A stretch of DNA of 63,590 bases, filler included, from 15 parts of 15 records of this genome joined end to end with filler, not necessarily neighbours in it; one strand, 5' to 3'. Positions 20,666 through 32,446 are shown, numbered from the whole stretch's first letter. Made by a program: numbers and translations. Notes: generated from the sequence alone by a model not told the origin.

Positions 20666-22681
20666 ATGCGGCTCCGTCAGCCCTACCGCCATGCCAGCCC
20701 TACGCGGCTGCTGCTGCTGCTCTGTCTGAGCTGGTGCACGCAGCTGGGCGCGGATGAGACGCCGCCACTGTCGGTGCTGCCGGACTCGCCGAGGCCCAAC
20801 CGCCGCTACTGGAGATGGGAGGAGTTCCCGCCGGCGGAGCTCTTCGAAGGCTGCGCCCCGTCGCAGATTTGGAAGGTGGAGGTGAAGGACGAGGCGGCGC
20901 GGCGGGTGGCGAAGGCGGTGGCTGAGCTGGCAGCGCTGGAGATGGAGGCGGCGGTGGCACAATGTGAAGAGGGCGTGGAGAACCTGCGGGCGTCGAGCGA
21001 CAAATGCGAGAACGACGGTGTCGCCAGCGCCGCCGAGGTGAGCTGCGCGGGTGCTGAACAGGGCCCCACTGACGAGGACGGCGCGGGCTGGAATTGCGGT
21101 GTCGGCCTGCGACGCGCCGTCGCCGCCAGCTCGACGATCGACTTTCTCTCTCTGGAACCACGAACAGATGCCACGTGCCTGGTGCCAGAGGCGCAGCCGG
21201 GCCTGGAGACCGAGCCCGTGGAGCCGCTGACCTGCAGCCAGCTTGTGCCTGCAACAGAAGCCGACGGGCTGTGGGAATGCACCGAGCTGTGCGTTTTCCG
21301 TCAGTGCGGGTACACGTGCGAGTACAACGATTTCACTGAGGAGATGAAATGCGCGTGGGACCTGCAGCCTTGCACTGCAGCACAGCAGTGCTCCTCGGCC
21401 GACCTGAGCGGCGAGGAGGAGCACAGCCGCAGCAACTGCGAGGCCATACCACAGGGTAAGGGCACTACGTGCGTCTACACCAGCGGTTCGGCGGCAGCGA
21501 TTCATTTGACGTGTGTTGTACTTTTCTTGGGCTTCGTCGCGCTGATGCTTAGCAGTATGGTGCCACTCATCAGTAAGCCCTGGTGGCCGCCGTTCCAGGA
21601 GCGTGGCGCCGTCCTGCTGCTGCTCAACGCAGTCAGCTCCGTTGTCTATGCATGGGCAACGTTGGTCACGGATCATCACGCGCCAAGCTGGCTGCTTGGT
21701 GGTCAAACGGACGCGCGACTTTGGCTCAGCTGGTTGCGTCTGGGCTGTGGCTTCGCACTGTGGCAAAGCACCGTGGCGGTGCGATTGCATGCGATGGGTC
21801 AGCTGTATTTGCACGATGCCGAACCGCTGTTTTGGGCGATCAAGCTAATCCAGTATCTGATGCCCTGGATTGTGCTCTGTGCCATGACCACTAGTACTGA
21901 TGATCCGAAGATTACATTGTCAGCTGGTGTCATCCTGTTGTCTTTCTTCTCTTTTTTCCACTGCATGTATCTCGCGGCGCCGTTGCTCAAGCTCAGGGAA
22001 ACGCTGCCTGAGGTGAAGCTGACGGCCGGCAGCGTTACTGCTGGCCTCCTCAACACCTGCTGGATCTATATTGCCATCGATCAGGAGTCAGACGATGGCT
22101 GCAGCGAGGCTGTGCCTCTGCCATGCACTCCATCCGATGCGCGCGCCACAGCTTCGGCCAGGCGATTCTTGGGCACAGTCTCGACGGTTGTGCTCCTCGC
22201 GGTACACTGGATTGGTGTGGTTGGACCGTTGCTGCTAGAGTACGCGCGGGGCGACGCGAAGTTTTTGGAACAATTCGAAGCACCACCGTCCAAAAGAGAG
22301 CCGGACTATGCAGGGCCTGTGGAGCCAGAAATTCCGCCAGACTTCGAGGACGAGGCCGATCGAGAGACCAGACGACTGCGCGAGCGCGGGGCAGAACAGA
22401 ACGATGGCGATGGCAATGGGGAGACAGAGGCAGATGGAGACGCTATCCAGAAGAAAAAGAAAGGGTTGGGGTCATCATTTAGCAACCTCCTGGCCGGCGC
22501 TACGGCCAAAGCTGGTGGCCGACGGCGGTTTAGAAAGAAACAGCGGGACATCCGCGTTAACGGCCACAGCTATGATAGTGACGGAGTGGCCTTGCCGCAA
22601 CTTGAAGGAGGCCCTCTGCGAACAGAAGGCGCGCCTATCGACAGAATTGTTGTGAGAGGAGGCGAAAAGCTTGGGGTCTAA
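20666..22681 (+). CDS. 7-transmembrane receptor-like protein with Cys-rich ectodomain
   Basis: Signal peptide, Cys-rich acidic ectodomain, seven hydrophobic segments between about 21490 and 22240 (WWPPFQERGAVLL after TM1), charged cytoplasmic tail. Confidence 0.6.
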   Translation: MRLRQPYRHASPTRLLLLLCLSWCTQLGADETPPLSVLPDSPRPNRRYWRWEEFPPAELFEGCAPSQIWKVEVKDEAARRVAKAVAELAALEMEAAVAQCEEGVENLRASSDKCENDGVASAAEVSCAGAEQGPTDEDGAGWNCGVGLRRAVAASSTIDFLSLEPRTDATCLVPEAQPGLETEPVEPLTCSQLVPATEADGLWECTELCVFRQCGYTCEYNDFTEEMKCAWDLQPCTAAQQCSSADLSGEEEHSRSNCEAIPQGKGTTCVYTSGSAAAIHLTCVVLFLGFVALMLSSMVPLISKPWWPPFQERGAVLLLLNAVSSVVYAWATLVTDHHAPSWLLGGQTDARLWLSWLRLGCGFALWQSTVAVRLHAMGQLYLHDAEPLFWAIKLIQYLMPWIVLCAMTTSTDDPKITLSAGVILLSFFSFFHCMYLAAPLLKLRETLPEVKLTAGSVTAGLLNTCWIYIAIDQESDDGCSEAVPLPCTPSDARATASARRFLGTVSTVVLLAVHWIGVVGPLLLEYARGDAKFLEQFEAPPSKREPDYAGPVEPEIPPDFEDEADRETRRLRERGAEQNDGDGNGETEADGDAIQKKKKGLGSSFSNLLAGATAKAGGRRRFRKKQRDIRVNGHSYDSDGVALPQLEGGPLRTEGAPIDRIVVRGGEKLGV

Positions 22682-22836
22682 CAGACCATTGCACTACTAC
22701 GCCTTGTGTCACAGAATTTCACTGGCCACTGGCCAGTGGGGCAACAGTGGCTGCCACTCAGACGACCTCGTGCTCGAGTGGTCACCGTCTCGAGCTTTAC
22801 GCTAGTTTAGACAGGTTTAGTGCGAACGATGACAAC

Positions 22837-25232
22837 TTAAACATTATTAACATTATGGACATTATTCAAATAACTCTTCAGACCTGTAAGGGAGACGTTT
22901 CTCGTCGCCGCAGCCGCTGTGTGCGCCAGCACCGATCGAGGTCTGTCCGACCATCGATCTCTGCACGACCGTCTGCTTATCCATGTCAGTGGGACAAAGC
23001 ACAGAAAGAGCCCGGTGCGTGTGCCCTCTGCATGCCTGCTTTTTTGTGCAACACTCGCATGTTTTTGGCGCCGTGGTCGTGAACGCTTCAATAGGCGGCC
23101 TCAGACTGAGACTGCTATACCTCGTCCACGTCCTTCGACAACAGGTCTGCAGCCCCCGTGAAGCGATCGTCGCTCGTCAACTCACCCAGGTTGTTGAAGA
23201 GGTTTATGAGAATGAAGCGTGTCGTGTCGATATCATACTTTTCACGCTCTGCTTTCTCACCGTCTAACCGAATGATGTCGTCGGTTAGCTGCAACACCAT
23301 AGCACATGGTTAGAGTTGTACAGGGCCAGCGTGTGTGATCGCTGAGCTGCACAACTGCCCTAGCCAGTACTCGCCTGCTCTTCGAGTTCTTCGCGGTTTT
23401 TTATTGCTCGTTCTGAAATCGACCCTGCCCCCGTCTCCTCACGCTGCCGCCTGGCTCTCTGCTCGCGATCTAATACCATAATCTTCAACCGCCTCTCACG
23501 CTCCAGTTCCACAGTCTTCTCTTCCCGGATCGTTTCCTCAAACGCTTGCCCAATGATGACCATCGGCAATGCCAAAACCATAATGCCCGCCTATAATTAA
23601 TCAGAAGTCAGCACGCGGTGCACATCACGGCTTGCTTTTGTCTCGCCGCAAGTGCAAGTAAGCCGACAGTACAAATAATAGCGGGCAAGGTTGCTTACAA
23701 TCATGCAGAATCCACAAACAAGCTTCCCTGCTGACGAACTGGGGTAATGCTCGCCGTACCCAACCGTTGTCATCGTTGCCATGATGAAGTACGTAGTGAT
23801 GGGGATCGATGTGAACGGCCGGATATGGCATCTCATTGGCTCTTTTCCAGGCCATTCAACGTCGGTGCACGACCGACAATCGCTGTCTGTGTAATGCGGC
23901 TGCGAGGGATCGCAAGGGAAAACCTCACCGGCCGTCTCATTGCCCCCTACGCAGTCGCCCAGCCGATCGACCTGCCTCACCACGCTCGCTCCAGTCTCTG
24001 GCGCGGAGGTGCAATTCCATAAGTTACCCTTGCAGTGGTCACACCCGTCACCAAATTCAATAATGGTGTCCCATTTCACAGCATCTTTCCCCAGCTCGTC
24101 AACAAAGCCCCAGCACTCGGGGAATCCAGCCTCCGTAAAACACGCCTCGCTCTGTGGATTGTACTCAACGAGGTAAAGAGTTGCACCAAAACACGCGAGG
24201 TACATGAAAAGCAAGAAAACCAGCAGCAGTAACCCCTCGCGTGCTCGATAGTAGCCCCATACAAACAACTGTAGCTCCCTTAAAAACGTGCCAGCCTTGA
24301 GCAAACGAAAGACTCGCGCCAATCGTGCGAGACGCACGACGGCCAACCCAGTGTTGCCTCCGAAGGCTATCTCGAACCACCACGGCGCAACGGAAATGAA
24401 ATCCACAACGTTGAGTGGCTTGACTATGTAAGCCCAGAACGAACGATTTCTCCTCGGACGGTACGTGCAGAACAGCACTCGCAGCCCATACTCGGCAGTG
24501 AAAGTGAGAATCACCACAGCTTCAATTAAATGAAACGCGTTGACAATAGCCGTTGCTTCTTCAACTGTGGTGCCCCAGTCCTCGCAGCATCTATTTGTGT
24601 CGGCGTAGCCCCACATCGCGGCCTTGGCAGGATCCGCACACGGTCCCAGTGGAGGATGGGTTTCGGCTATCAGACAAAACGAGCTGATAATAATCATCGA
24701 CATGACACTCTTCCCGACGATATTAGCAACTAAGCCGCTCTCAGGCTCATCCAAGAGGATGAAAATGGCCTGCATACAGTTCTCAGGTGTATATTCGAAG
24801 CCCGCTGCCCGTGCTTGCTGGTCTAGCTTATCCTGCATATCGTCTTCGGTGACTTTGTTCGAAGAGGCATACAGAGAATTCTCTGCCTCGACAGCCCAGG
24901 CCCTGCATTGCACCGTCATCCCCGCAAAATGAGCAACACTGCGGCTCGGCAAAAGGGTCGGGAGAAACGGAAGAGAGCAAATGCGTGGCGCACGAGGCCT
25001 CCGCGTAGTCCACCGGACCTCCTGGCTTCTCAACGATCGTAGGGGTGCTGTCGTGACCCTTGAGAAATGGGACTTTAGTTAAAAGGCCAGAAGAAGAAGT
25101 ACTGCTACTGGGCTTCGCGGGCTCCGCCTCAAACGACGCTACAGCCAACATGCCTTTTGGGGTGTTCCTTGAATCGTCATCATCGTTCTCAAACGACGCG
25201 ATGCCCGCATCAACTGATGGCCGACGCGCCAT
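22837..25232 (-). CDS. Voltage-gated K+ channel (Kv-like, 6TM); multi-exon
   Basis: PLNVVDFISVAPWW (S3), VRLARLARVFRLLK (S4), FTSIP..MATMTTVGYGEHYP (pore with GYG), GIMVLALPMVIIGQAF (S6) in the next exon. Confidence 0.9.
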
Positions 25233-25719
25233 CTCTTCTGGCTGCTGAGCAGCCTTGCTGGCGACCTGGTCCGCCCAGGAGTGCTCTTTGCTCCGCCAGA
25301 CAGCAAGGTTGCAGATATTCTGCCGTACTGTAGCGAAATTGTGTAACGCGGGCCCAGCTACAGCACGTTCGGCAGGCCAGGAGCCTACTCGTCGGCGCCG
25401 GCCGGACTCATCTGCAGCTGTGCATCTGGCTGCCGCTGTGCCGACCCCACCTAGTGGGGCGGGGTGCCCTCGTGTACAATCCGGACGACACTGGTGCAGA
25501 TCTTCTGGTGACGTATCAGCCCAGGACAGTAGCTCGCCGTTGTCGCAGCGCGCCCCGGGGGCCGGGTGGGCGCAGGACCTGGAACCAGCAAGACTACCCC
25601 ACCGAGCAGACGCTGCTCGGCGCCACGGATCGAATGGACCCCGGATCGGACGTTCACTTCTCCCAGCCGAGTTTGCTGATGCGATTTGTGTGGAGCATGA
25701 GCACTGGCGGCATTATTAT

Positions 25720-27260
25720 ATGTAAGTACTGGACTACCGGTACTCAAGTACCGGTACTCTGAATCATAACTCTCATCAATGGATGTACTAGTACTACTAC
25801 TATTATAGTGTGGTACTATACTCAGCTGATAGTACCACTACTATTTATAGCATTGTAAGAAATTCATGCCACTACCCTCACGTACCGGTACAGGATTCGC
25901 AGCGCAAGTACAGTAGCTGTACAGCACAAAATACGGCTGGGTAAATCGAAAAGAAAAGTTGTACTGTACTACTGAATGTGGTACTGCTAGATCTCAGAGT
26001 ACCATTTGAATGAAATGGTACTATTATAGATTAGTATGTCCTCAAGCACACGTCTGATGCCGACGTACTGTACTATGAATAGTACTGGTACTGTACTAGT
26101 ATACTACTACTGTGTGCTTACAGTTTGGTCAAACTGTTTGCCCCGTACCGCATTCATGTATAGTACTAGTACATGGTAGCTGGTACTTGAGTACTACTAT
26201 CCGTAGCCGTACTACTATTGATAGTACTACTGTACAGCCGTAGTAGTGGTATACGTATACTGTCATAGCAGGCTTCATACGACTAGTATGGTGGTTCAAG
26301 CGCCGGAAGATGCAGAGGGGTCCAGCTCCGACCTGAACAGACGATTCTTTCGTCCTGTACGTGTACATGTAATTAGAGTCTCTCAGTTTCAACTTACNNN
26401 NNNNNNNNNNNNNNNNNNNNNNNNNNNNNNNNNNNNNNNNNTTAATTAATTAANNNNNNNNNNNNNNNNNNNNNNNNNNNNNNNNNNNNNNNNNNNNTAG
26501 AGATTTGGTATTTATTGGTAGAGTGTTTTACCACAAATTACTCATCTGGTTTAATGCACTCCGGCGCTTCATTGTAGGTACTGGTAGTGCTACACACGCT
26601 GGTTGTAGCAAACGGGTACCGTACCATTTTTTAAAAATGTACTCTACATGTACTGGTACGATGTACCGTACTATTCGAATACTAGCTAGTAGTAGAATTC
26701 GAATACTGTAGTACTAGTACATGTACCAATGTACGGTAGGGATCCCTACTGTACAGTACGCTCTAGTTCTTGTGTTTGTCTGTTTCCTGGACCGTCATCG
26801 CTCATCGTATTCACCGTCACCACTCGCTACGTGTACTATTATAGTACGGTATTACATGCACATGTACATCATACTGTACTATAATGGTAGAACGTGTACA
26901 CTATCACATTTTTTTTAAAATAGTACCCCAAACGACTAACGTTGATTGCAAATGGATGACTGGATGTGATGCAGCTGTACACGTACTACTAGTAGTAGCA
27001 ATCCTACTGATCTACAAGTATACTAGTATGTACCGGTAGCTACATGTACTATCAATAGTAGGAAGTTCCTTCTCATAGTACTGTACTACATGTACCTGCA
27101 CATGTATTACCTACTTGCATATTTTAACGGTGTTAAAATACCACAGCTGTACAGCTGTACAGCAATGCAACTGGACGTCCGTACTACTAGTAGCTAGCTA
27201 GTACTATGAATAGTACACGTACAGTACTAGTACTCAATGTACTGACATGATACATGTATC
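25720..27260. repeat. AT-rich low-complexity intergenic DNA dense in GTAC/AGTACT/ACTAGT/TGTACA short palindromes (ends of two contigs, spacer between)
   Basis: Visible motif density. No credible ORFs. Similar patches near 7400-7500, 13940-14130, 37620-37680, 50340-50440 and 56690-56856. Confidence 0.75.
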
Positions 27261-27475
27261 TGTATCGTATAATAACAATGCCGCTCACTGCACGATTAAC
27301 GTGCGTGGCATGACGGTGGCTGCGTGCGTGACGCCGTGACCGGTGATGCCGTGGCTGGTGTACACTGCTACTGGGAGGCTCGGTAAACGACGGGCTCGAT
27401 AACAGTGTGCGTTGGTAAGGCCGGCGTGCTGTGGCAACGCTCACCTGAGGACTAGGAGGACGTGTGCATCCTGCG

Positions 27476-30400
27476 ATGCTGTGTGACGGTGAGCACACCA
27501 CTGGCGTCCCGCTGGCATCACACGGTGTGCCTGATGCAGAGCAGGTTTCGTTGGGGATCGAGAAGGCCAAGCAAGCTGAGCGGCAGGAAATCGCAGCCCA
27601 TGGGGGGATTGAAGATCCATCGTCCCCCCACGGAGCGTGGAGTCCCTCGGCACGTCGCAAGGAGCTTGGCACAGCAACGGTAGATTTGCTATGGTTCGAA
27701 GCAAAGGTTGGGCGCGAGGCTGAAGTCGACATGGAACGCAAAGGCAACTACCTCGATTTTTGGAAAAAGTACCAAGACGAGGAGCCAGAGATCAACCTTG
27801 GTACTCCGTCATATACATGGGGGCTCATTTTTGACCTGCCACCGAGCGATGAAGTCAAGTATGCTATGGACGACGAGGGCGGAAGCGCCGAGAGGCAGGC
27901 GGAGTTAAGAGCGAAATTTGATGATGGTCTCGCCCCGCAGTTTATGTGTGCCGAGTGTGTGGAGCTGGTGAGTCGGTTCTGGGCAGCAGACTTGTCCTGC
28001 AAGATGACAAGATCCACGAATGGGAAAGAGGTGCACGTATCAGTGGGAGCATCGTACGAAATACTAGTTGATGAAGCAAACTTCTTGAGGCCGAACATGA
28101 GACTAATCAATACAAAGGGTACCGCTAGATTTCAGTCTGACAAATTGTCACATTACATGCCATCAGTGTTTGACGAGCCCGAGAGAGCCACTTGCTTCTC
28201 TTCCGCGTTGCAGCAACAGCTTGTTGTCAGTCGCATGGAACGACTGGCGGGAGTGCATCTGGATGAGCGTGTGAACTTCTTGGATCGAGATGAAGGGATG
28301 GAACTCATCAAGAATGATATTGAGCACGGGCGCACGATCCTCGCTAACCGTGTTCGAGAGCTGCTGTCTACGCATGGAGCGTATCGGCCAGGTGGAGAGA
28401 AAATCTTTGGCGCGGAAGTAATTACACTTGGGAAGCAATCAATCGCTGACCCTCATTTCCAGTGCAAACCTCCCCACAACCTGTCTCGAACAGAACAAGC
28501 GGCGTTGAAAGCAGAGGAGCAACACATGATGCAGGTTGGTTTGCATGCAATGAAGTATGAGGAGATCGAACGTGCTGTTCAGGTGCTCTCCGAGTGGACA
28601 TCAAAATCTCCGGGTAAGGAGGAAGCATTCACGGGTTCGTTGACCTCATATTTCCCGCTTCACCATGCAGGCGAAGTTGCGTACCTCCGGCATAATTGGG
28701 GGTCGTTTAGACTGCTTCTGCAACCTGTGATTAAAGGGAAGTCACCCGAGGGGCGTGATACAGAGAACTATTTCCGTACACCGTTGTCAGACAAACACCC
28801 CTCGCTGTTTTGGCTGCCCATCGATACGATTCGTGACTACTTCGGCGATCACGTTGGCTTGTATGCTGAATGGCTAGGTGTGTATAGTAGATCACTGGTG
28901 TATCCGGCCCTCTCTGGAGCCATGATCCAGGGTTACCAGATGTACCAGGACGATGTTACAGTCGACAACAACATGCTGATGATCCCATACAGTGTATATC
29001 TTTGCGTCTGGTCCGCCATGTTTAACGTGCGGTGGCTACGACGTCAGAACGAGTTGCAGTTTCTCTGGGGCAGCGAAAACGTCGAGCAGCAGGCCCCGAT
29101 ACGAGCTGAATTTAAGGGCATCCTTGTTATCGACGAGGTTTCTGGGGCAGAGGAGATGGCATATTACAGCCTATGCGCCCGAGTAACCCGACTAATGCTT
29201 TCTACTTTCGTTAGTTTGCTGTGTGTTCTCGTTGTGATCGTGAGCGCATTTACGGCAACAACAGTGCGCTACATTGACGCTCCACACCCGAACGATATTT
29301 ACTGCCAAGAGTACCTCGCGGGGCCCGACTCGAATCTTGCAAATGGCACACTGGACAACATTGACGAAATCATTGATGGTATCTTGGTGACTAGACATGT
29401 GGATGGGCAGCAAATAGTCCGATCTTTTGACAACTTTACGGCCATTGTCAAAGTTGAAGGAATCGACACGCAAGAAGACTGTCGCTCGTGGGCCGAAGGC
29501 AACACAACTGAGTTCGAGGCTCTAGTGGATGGCGTTATGGTCACACACCATGTTGATGCAAATATGATAGTACACACAACGTGGATCGATGGCTGGGAAG
29601 CAGGCACAACCGATTTTGACAAAAAGAAATGGGAATATCTCAGCGCGGCTTTGAACACAGCATTCATTGTCATTTTTGGAATGCTGTACGAGTCCATTGC
29701 TGTAATGATGACCGACTGGGAGAATCACCGCACTCAAATCGAGTACGATAACCAGCTCATCCTCAAGAACTTCGGCTTCCAGTTTGTAAACAACTACTTT
29801 GTGTTATTCTACATTGGCTATATGCGGCAGCTCGACACCCAGCCGCTGTGTGATTTTATCGGAGCAGATGTTTGCCCAGAGGTTGCTGTTACCGAGTGCA
29901 AAAATGGCACATGCTTAGGCCAGGTACAGACAAATGTGATTGCAGTCTTCACAGTCAAGACTGTCATCGCACAGACCCGTGAGCTCTTACTGCCTTACTT
30001 CAAGGCTGCAACAAACAAAACCAAGAACATACTTGGAGTGGTAAGACTGCAGGACGCAGTACACGACGCCACTGCGACTGCTATGCAGAAAATGATGATG
30101 CCTGACCAAGTGCAAAATATGCTGAACTTGGACGACGAGTCCGTCGCACATTCTAAGAAGGAGCGGGAGTTCCGTGAGGAGATGGCGCTCCGGATGGCGA
30201 ACCACCTCAATGCAGACACTACAGAAGCTACTGAAATCGAAAAACAGTCGTATCTTCTGGAGTATGACTCGACGTTTGATGACTTCAACGAAATGGCGAT
30301 CCAGTTCGGATATCTTGCTCTCTTCTCGCCTGTGTATCCACTTGCGCCGCTCATGGCTTTAGCCAATAATATCCTGGAGATTCGTATCGACGCGGCAAAA

Positions 30401-31108
30401 CTGTGCTCGGTCTGCCGCCGGCCCGAGTGGCGGCCACAGGCCGATATTGGAAGCTGGTTTACAGTGATGAACCTCATTGGCTTTGCTGCGGTCATGACCA
30501 ATGCGACAATGATTACGTTCGTCGGCAAGCTGCTAGCCAATACAGATGAAATGCGGGATGGCGGCCTCAATGCTCGTGTCAAGTCACCCCACCTTTGGGT
30601 CGTGTCGGTTGGCATGGAACATGCGCTGTTTCTGCTACGTGTTATTGTCCTGACAGTGGTGCCTCATACGCCTTCGTGGATTACCACTGTACGCAACCGA
30701 CTTCAATGGTTCGAGAATCAAGCCAAGCCTGGCCATCAGATCAGAGCTGAGCAGGGTCTGCAACGAGCCTTAGAAGCTGAGTTAGAGCAAGCGGATAGCA
30801 ACAACAACAGTGATGGACCCGCCCGGGAAGTAATACAAGCAAAGACCCGGAATGCAAATATTCACCTGCACATGAAGGCCCGTCGATACGGGAAAAAATT
30901 GCAGCCGGACAGCCTCGTTGGTGTAGACCAAAACGCGGAGCCAGAGTCAGGGATCGACCCAGGCCTGGCGATTCCAGCCCCAGAGCCGCAGGCGAAAGGC
31001 AAGCAGAACGAGCAGGCCAAGGGTACAGCGGACGCTAGGAGTGGAATGGTGAAGGTGACCAACCCGTTGCAACTGTCGGATGGAAGTGACGAGGACGAGA
31101 CCGAGTAA
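27476..31108 (+). CDS. Anoctamin/TMEM16 family channel or scramblase
   Basis: YFPLH, LPIDTIRDYFGDHVGLY, TDWENHRTQIEYDNQLILKNFGFQFVNNY, DDFNEMAIQFGY..LAPLMALANNILEIRIDA, QADIGSW. An upstream exon cannot be excluded. Confidence 0.93.
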   Translation: MLCDGEHTTGVPLASHGVPDAEQVSLGIEKAKQAERQEIAAHGGIEDPSSPHGAWSPSARRKELGTATVDLLWFEAKVGREAEVDMERKGNYLDFWKKYQDEEPEINLGTPSYTWGLIFDLPPSDEVKYAMDDEGGSAERQAELRAKFDDGLAPQFMCAECVELVSRFWAADLSCKMTRSTNGKEVHVSVGASYEILVDEANFLRPNMRLINTKGTARFQSDKLSHYMPSVFDEPERATCFSSALQQQLVVSRMERLAGVHLDERVNFLDRDEGMELIKNDIEHGRTILANRVRELLSTHGAYRPGGEKIFGAEVITLGKQSIADPHFQCKPPHNLSRTEQAALKAEEQHMMQVGLHAMKYEEIERAVQVLSEWTSKSPGKEEAFTGSLTSYFPLHHAGEVAYLRHNWGSFRLLLQPVIKGKSPEGRDTENYFRTPLSDKHPSLFWLPIDTIRDYFGDHVGLYAEWLGVYSRSLVYPALSGAMIQGYQMYQDDVTVDNNMLMIPYSVYLCVWSAMFNVRWLRRQNELQFLWGSENVEQQAPIRAEFKGILVIDEVSGAEEMAYYSLCARVTRLMLSTFVSLLCVLVVIVSAFTATTVRYIDAPHPNDIYCQEYLAGPDSNLANGTLDNIDEIIDGILVTRHVDGQQIVRSFDNFTAIVKVEGIDTQEDCRSWAEGNTTEFEALVDGVMVTHHVDANMIVHTTWIDGWEAGTTDFDKKKWEYLSAALNTAFIVIFGMLYESIAVMMTDWENHRTQIEYDNQLILKNFGFQFVNNYFVLFYIGYMRQLDTQPLCDFIGADVCPEVAVTECKNGTCLGQVQTNVIAVFTVKTVIAQTRELLLPYFKAATNKTKNILGVVRLQDAVHDATATAMQKMMMPDQVQNMLNLDDESVAHSKKEREFREEMALRMANHLNADTTEATEIEKQSYLLEYDSTFDDFNEMAIQFGYLALFSPVYPLAPLMALANNILEIRIDAAKLCSVCRRPEWRPQADIGSWFTVMNLIGFAAVMTNATMITFVGKLLANTDEMRDGGLNARVKSPHLWVVSVGMEHALFLLRVIVLTVVPHTPSWITTVRNRLQWFENQAKPGHQIRAEQGLQRALEAELEQADSNNNSDGPAREVIQAKTRNANIHLHMKARRYGKKLQPDSLVGVDQNAEPESGIDPGLAIPAPEPQAKGKQNEQAKGTADARSGMVKVTNPLQLSDGSDEDETE

Positions 31109-31212
31109 TCAGACCAAATCAGTTTTTCATACAGCAGTACGCTTGCGCCCGGCAGTTGCAGTTAGACACTACGAAACAAGCCAGATCAACCGAGTGCAGA
31201 ATAGAACTTCGT

Positions 31213-32346
31213 CTACTCATCTGATTTGAGTCTCTTCGCTGAGGCAGTCTCCTGCTCATCACTGCCACTGCCAGCATCTCGCTTACACTCGGAAGACACA
31301 TCGCTGCATGCAAGCGTGGCTGCGCTTTCGCTGCTCTCGCAAGTAGCTGAGGTCTCGGCGCCGCAGTTGTCCGTATCCAGATTGGGGCGTTTGCGCCCGG
31401 TAGCAGTACTAGTGTGCTCCGCGACACCTCCAAGCGCGAGGCCCGTGTCCGCAGCAACTGCCGCAGTGCCTGTGGTGGTAGAAGGCGAGGTTCCCGCTAC
31501 CGGTGTTTCTGCTGCTGTCTCTTCCGCTGCTGGCTTCGGAAGAGCGCATTTGTTGCAGACGATACGGAAGCCATAATTCACGTTGCCGCAGTTGACATCG
31601 GCACAAACCCAGTCGTTTGCCCCAACGCTGCCTTGTAGCCCCACGCCCATCCCCGCCCCACCTGCACCAGACGTAGCATCGGCTGATGGCGGCGGCTTCG
31701 GCTCTTTGCATTTGTTGCACGCGGTTCGGCTGGCGTAGTTGTGGTTCCCACACTTCACACACCCCCAGTCGCCAGCCCGCACATTCGCAGCACCTGCGAT
31801 GCCAGCAGTGGCAACACTAGCTGAGACGGAAGTGGAGCTGGCAGACTTCTCCCGGCCACACTTGTTGCACTGATGTCTGGAGGCAAAGTTGACGTTGTTG
31901 CAGCCGCTGGGCCCGTCGCATAGCCAATCGCCTGGCCGCAGCTGCTTTACGCCATGCGCGGCCGCGGTGAGACCTTTCGGCGTTGCGCAGCGGTTGCATG
32001 CCTGTTTAGAGGCGTAGTTGTGGTTAGAGCAGACCTGGCACAGCCAGTCACCAGGGCGCATGTCGACGCCACGGCCGCCCGCGCCATGCGCCGGGGTCCC
32101 ACCAGTCATGCTTACCACTGCTGCCGCCCCCATCCCGCCAACACCAGCCAGCTGTGCACTCGCTGCGCCCCCCCAGGCTGACGCTGCTGTGCTCTTCGGC
32201 AGCTGACAGCGGTAGCATACCGCACGGCTCGCGTAGTTGTGGTTTGAGCAACCTGGGCATATCCAATCGCCGGGCCGCATGTTGCCCGCCGCCGCGCCAC
32301 CCGCCACGCCGCCACCCGGCGGCGGCTGCTGCTGCTGCTGCTGCTG
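31213..32346 (-). CDS. RanBP2-type zinc-finger repeat RNA-binding protein (5 fingers); probably 5'-partial
   Basis: Five (G/N)DW-x-C-x2-4-C-x3-N-(Y/F)-x5-C-x2-C repeats. C-terminal NLS-like GRKRP...SAKRLK. Confidence 0.88.
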   Translation of the reverse strand, partial: QQQQQQQPPPGGGVAGGAAAGNMRPGDWICPGCSNHNYASRAVCYRCQLPKSTAASAWGGAASAQLAGVGGMGAAAVVSMTGGTPAHGAGGRGVDMRPGDWLCQVCSNHNYASKQACNRCATPKGLTAAAHGVKQLRPGDWLCDGPSGCNNVNFASRHQCNKCGREKSASSTSVSASVATAGIAGAANVRAGDWGCVKCGNHNYASRTACNKCKEPKPPPSADATSGAGGAGMGVGLQGSVGANDWVCADVNCGNVNYGFRIVCNKCALPKPAAEETAAETPVAGTSPSTTTGTAAVAADTGLALGGVAEHTSTATGRKRPNLDTDNCGAETSATCESSESAATLACSDVSSECKRDAGSGSDEQETASAKRLKSDE

Positions 32347-32446
32347 NNNNNNNNNNNNNNNNNNNNNNNNNNNNNNNNNNNNNNNNNNNNTTAATTAATT
32401 AANNNNNNNNNNNNNNNNNNNNNNNNNNNNNNNNNNNNNNNNNNNN

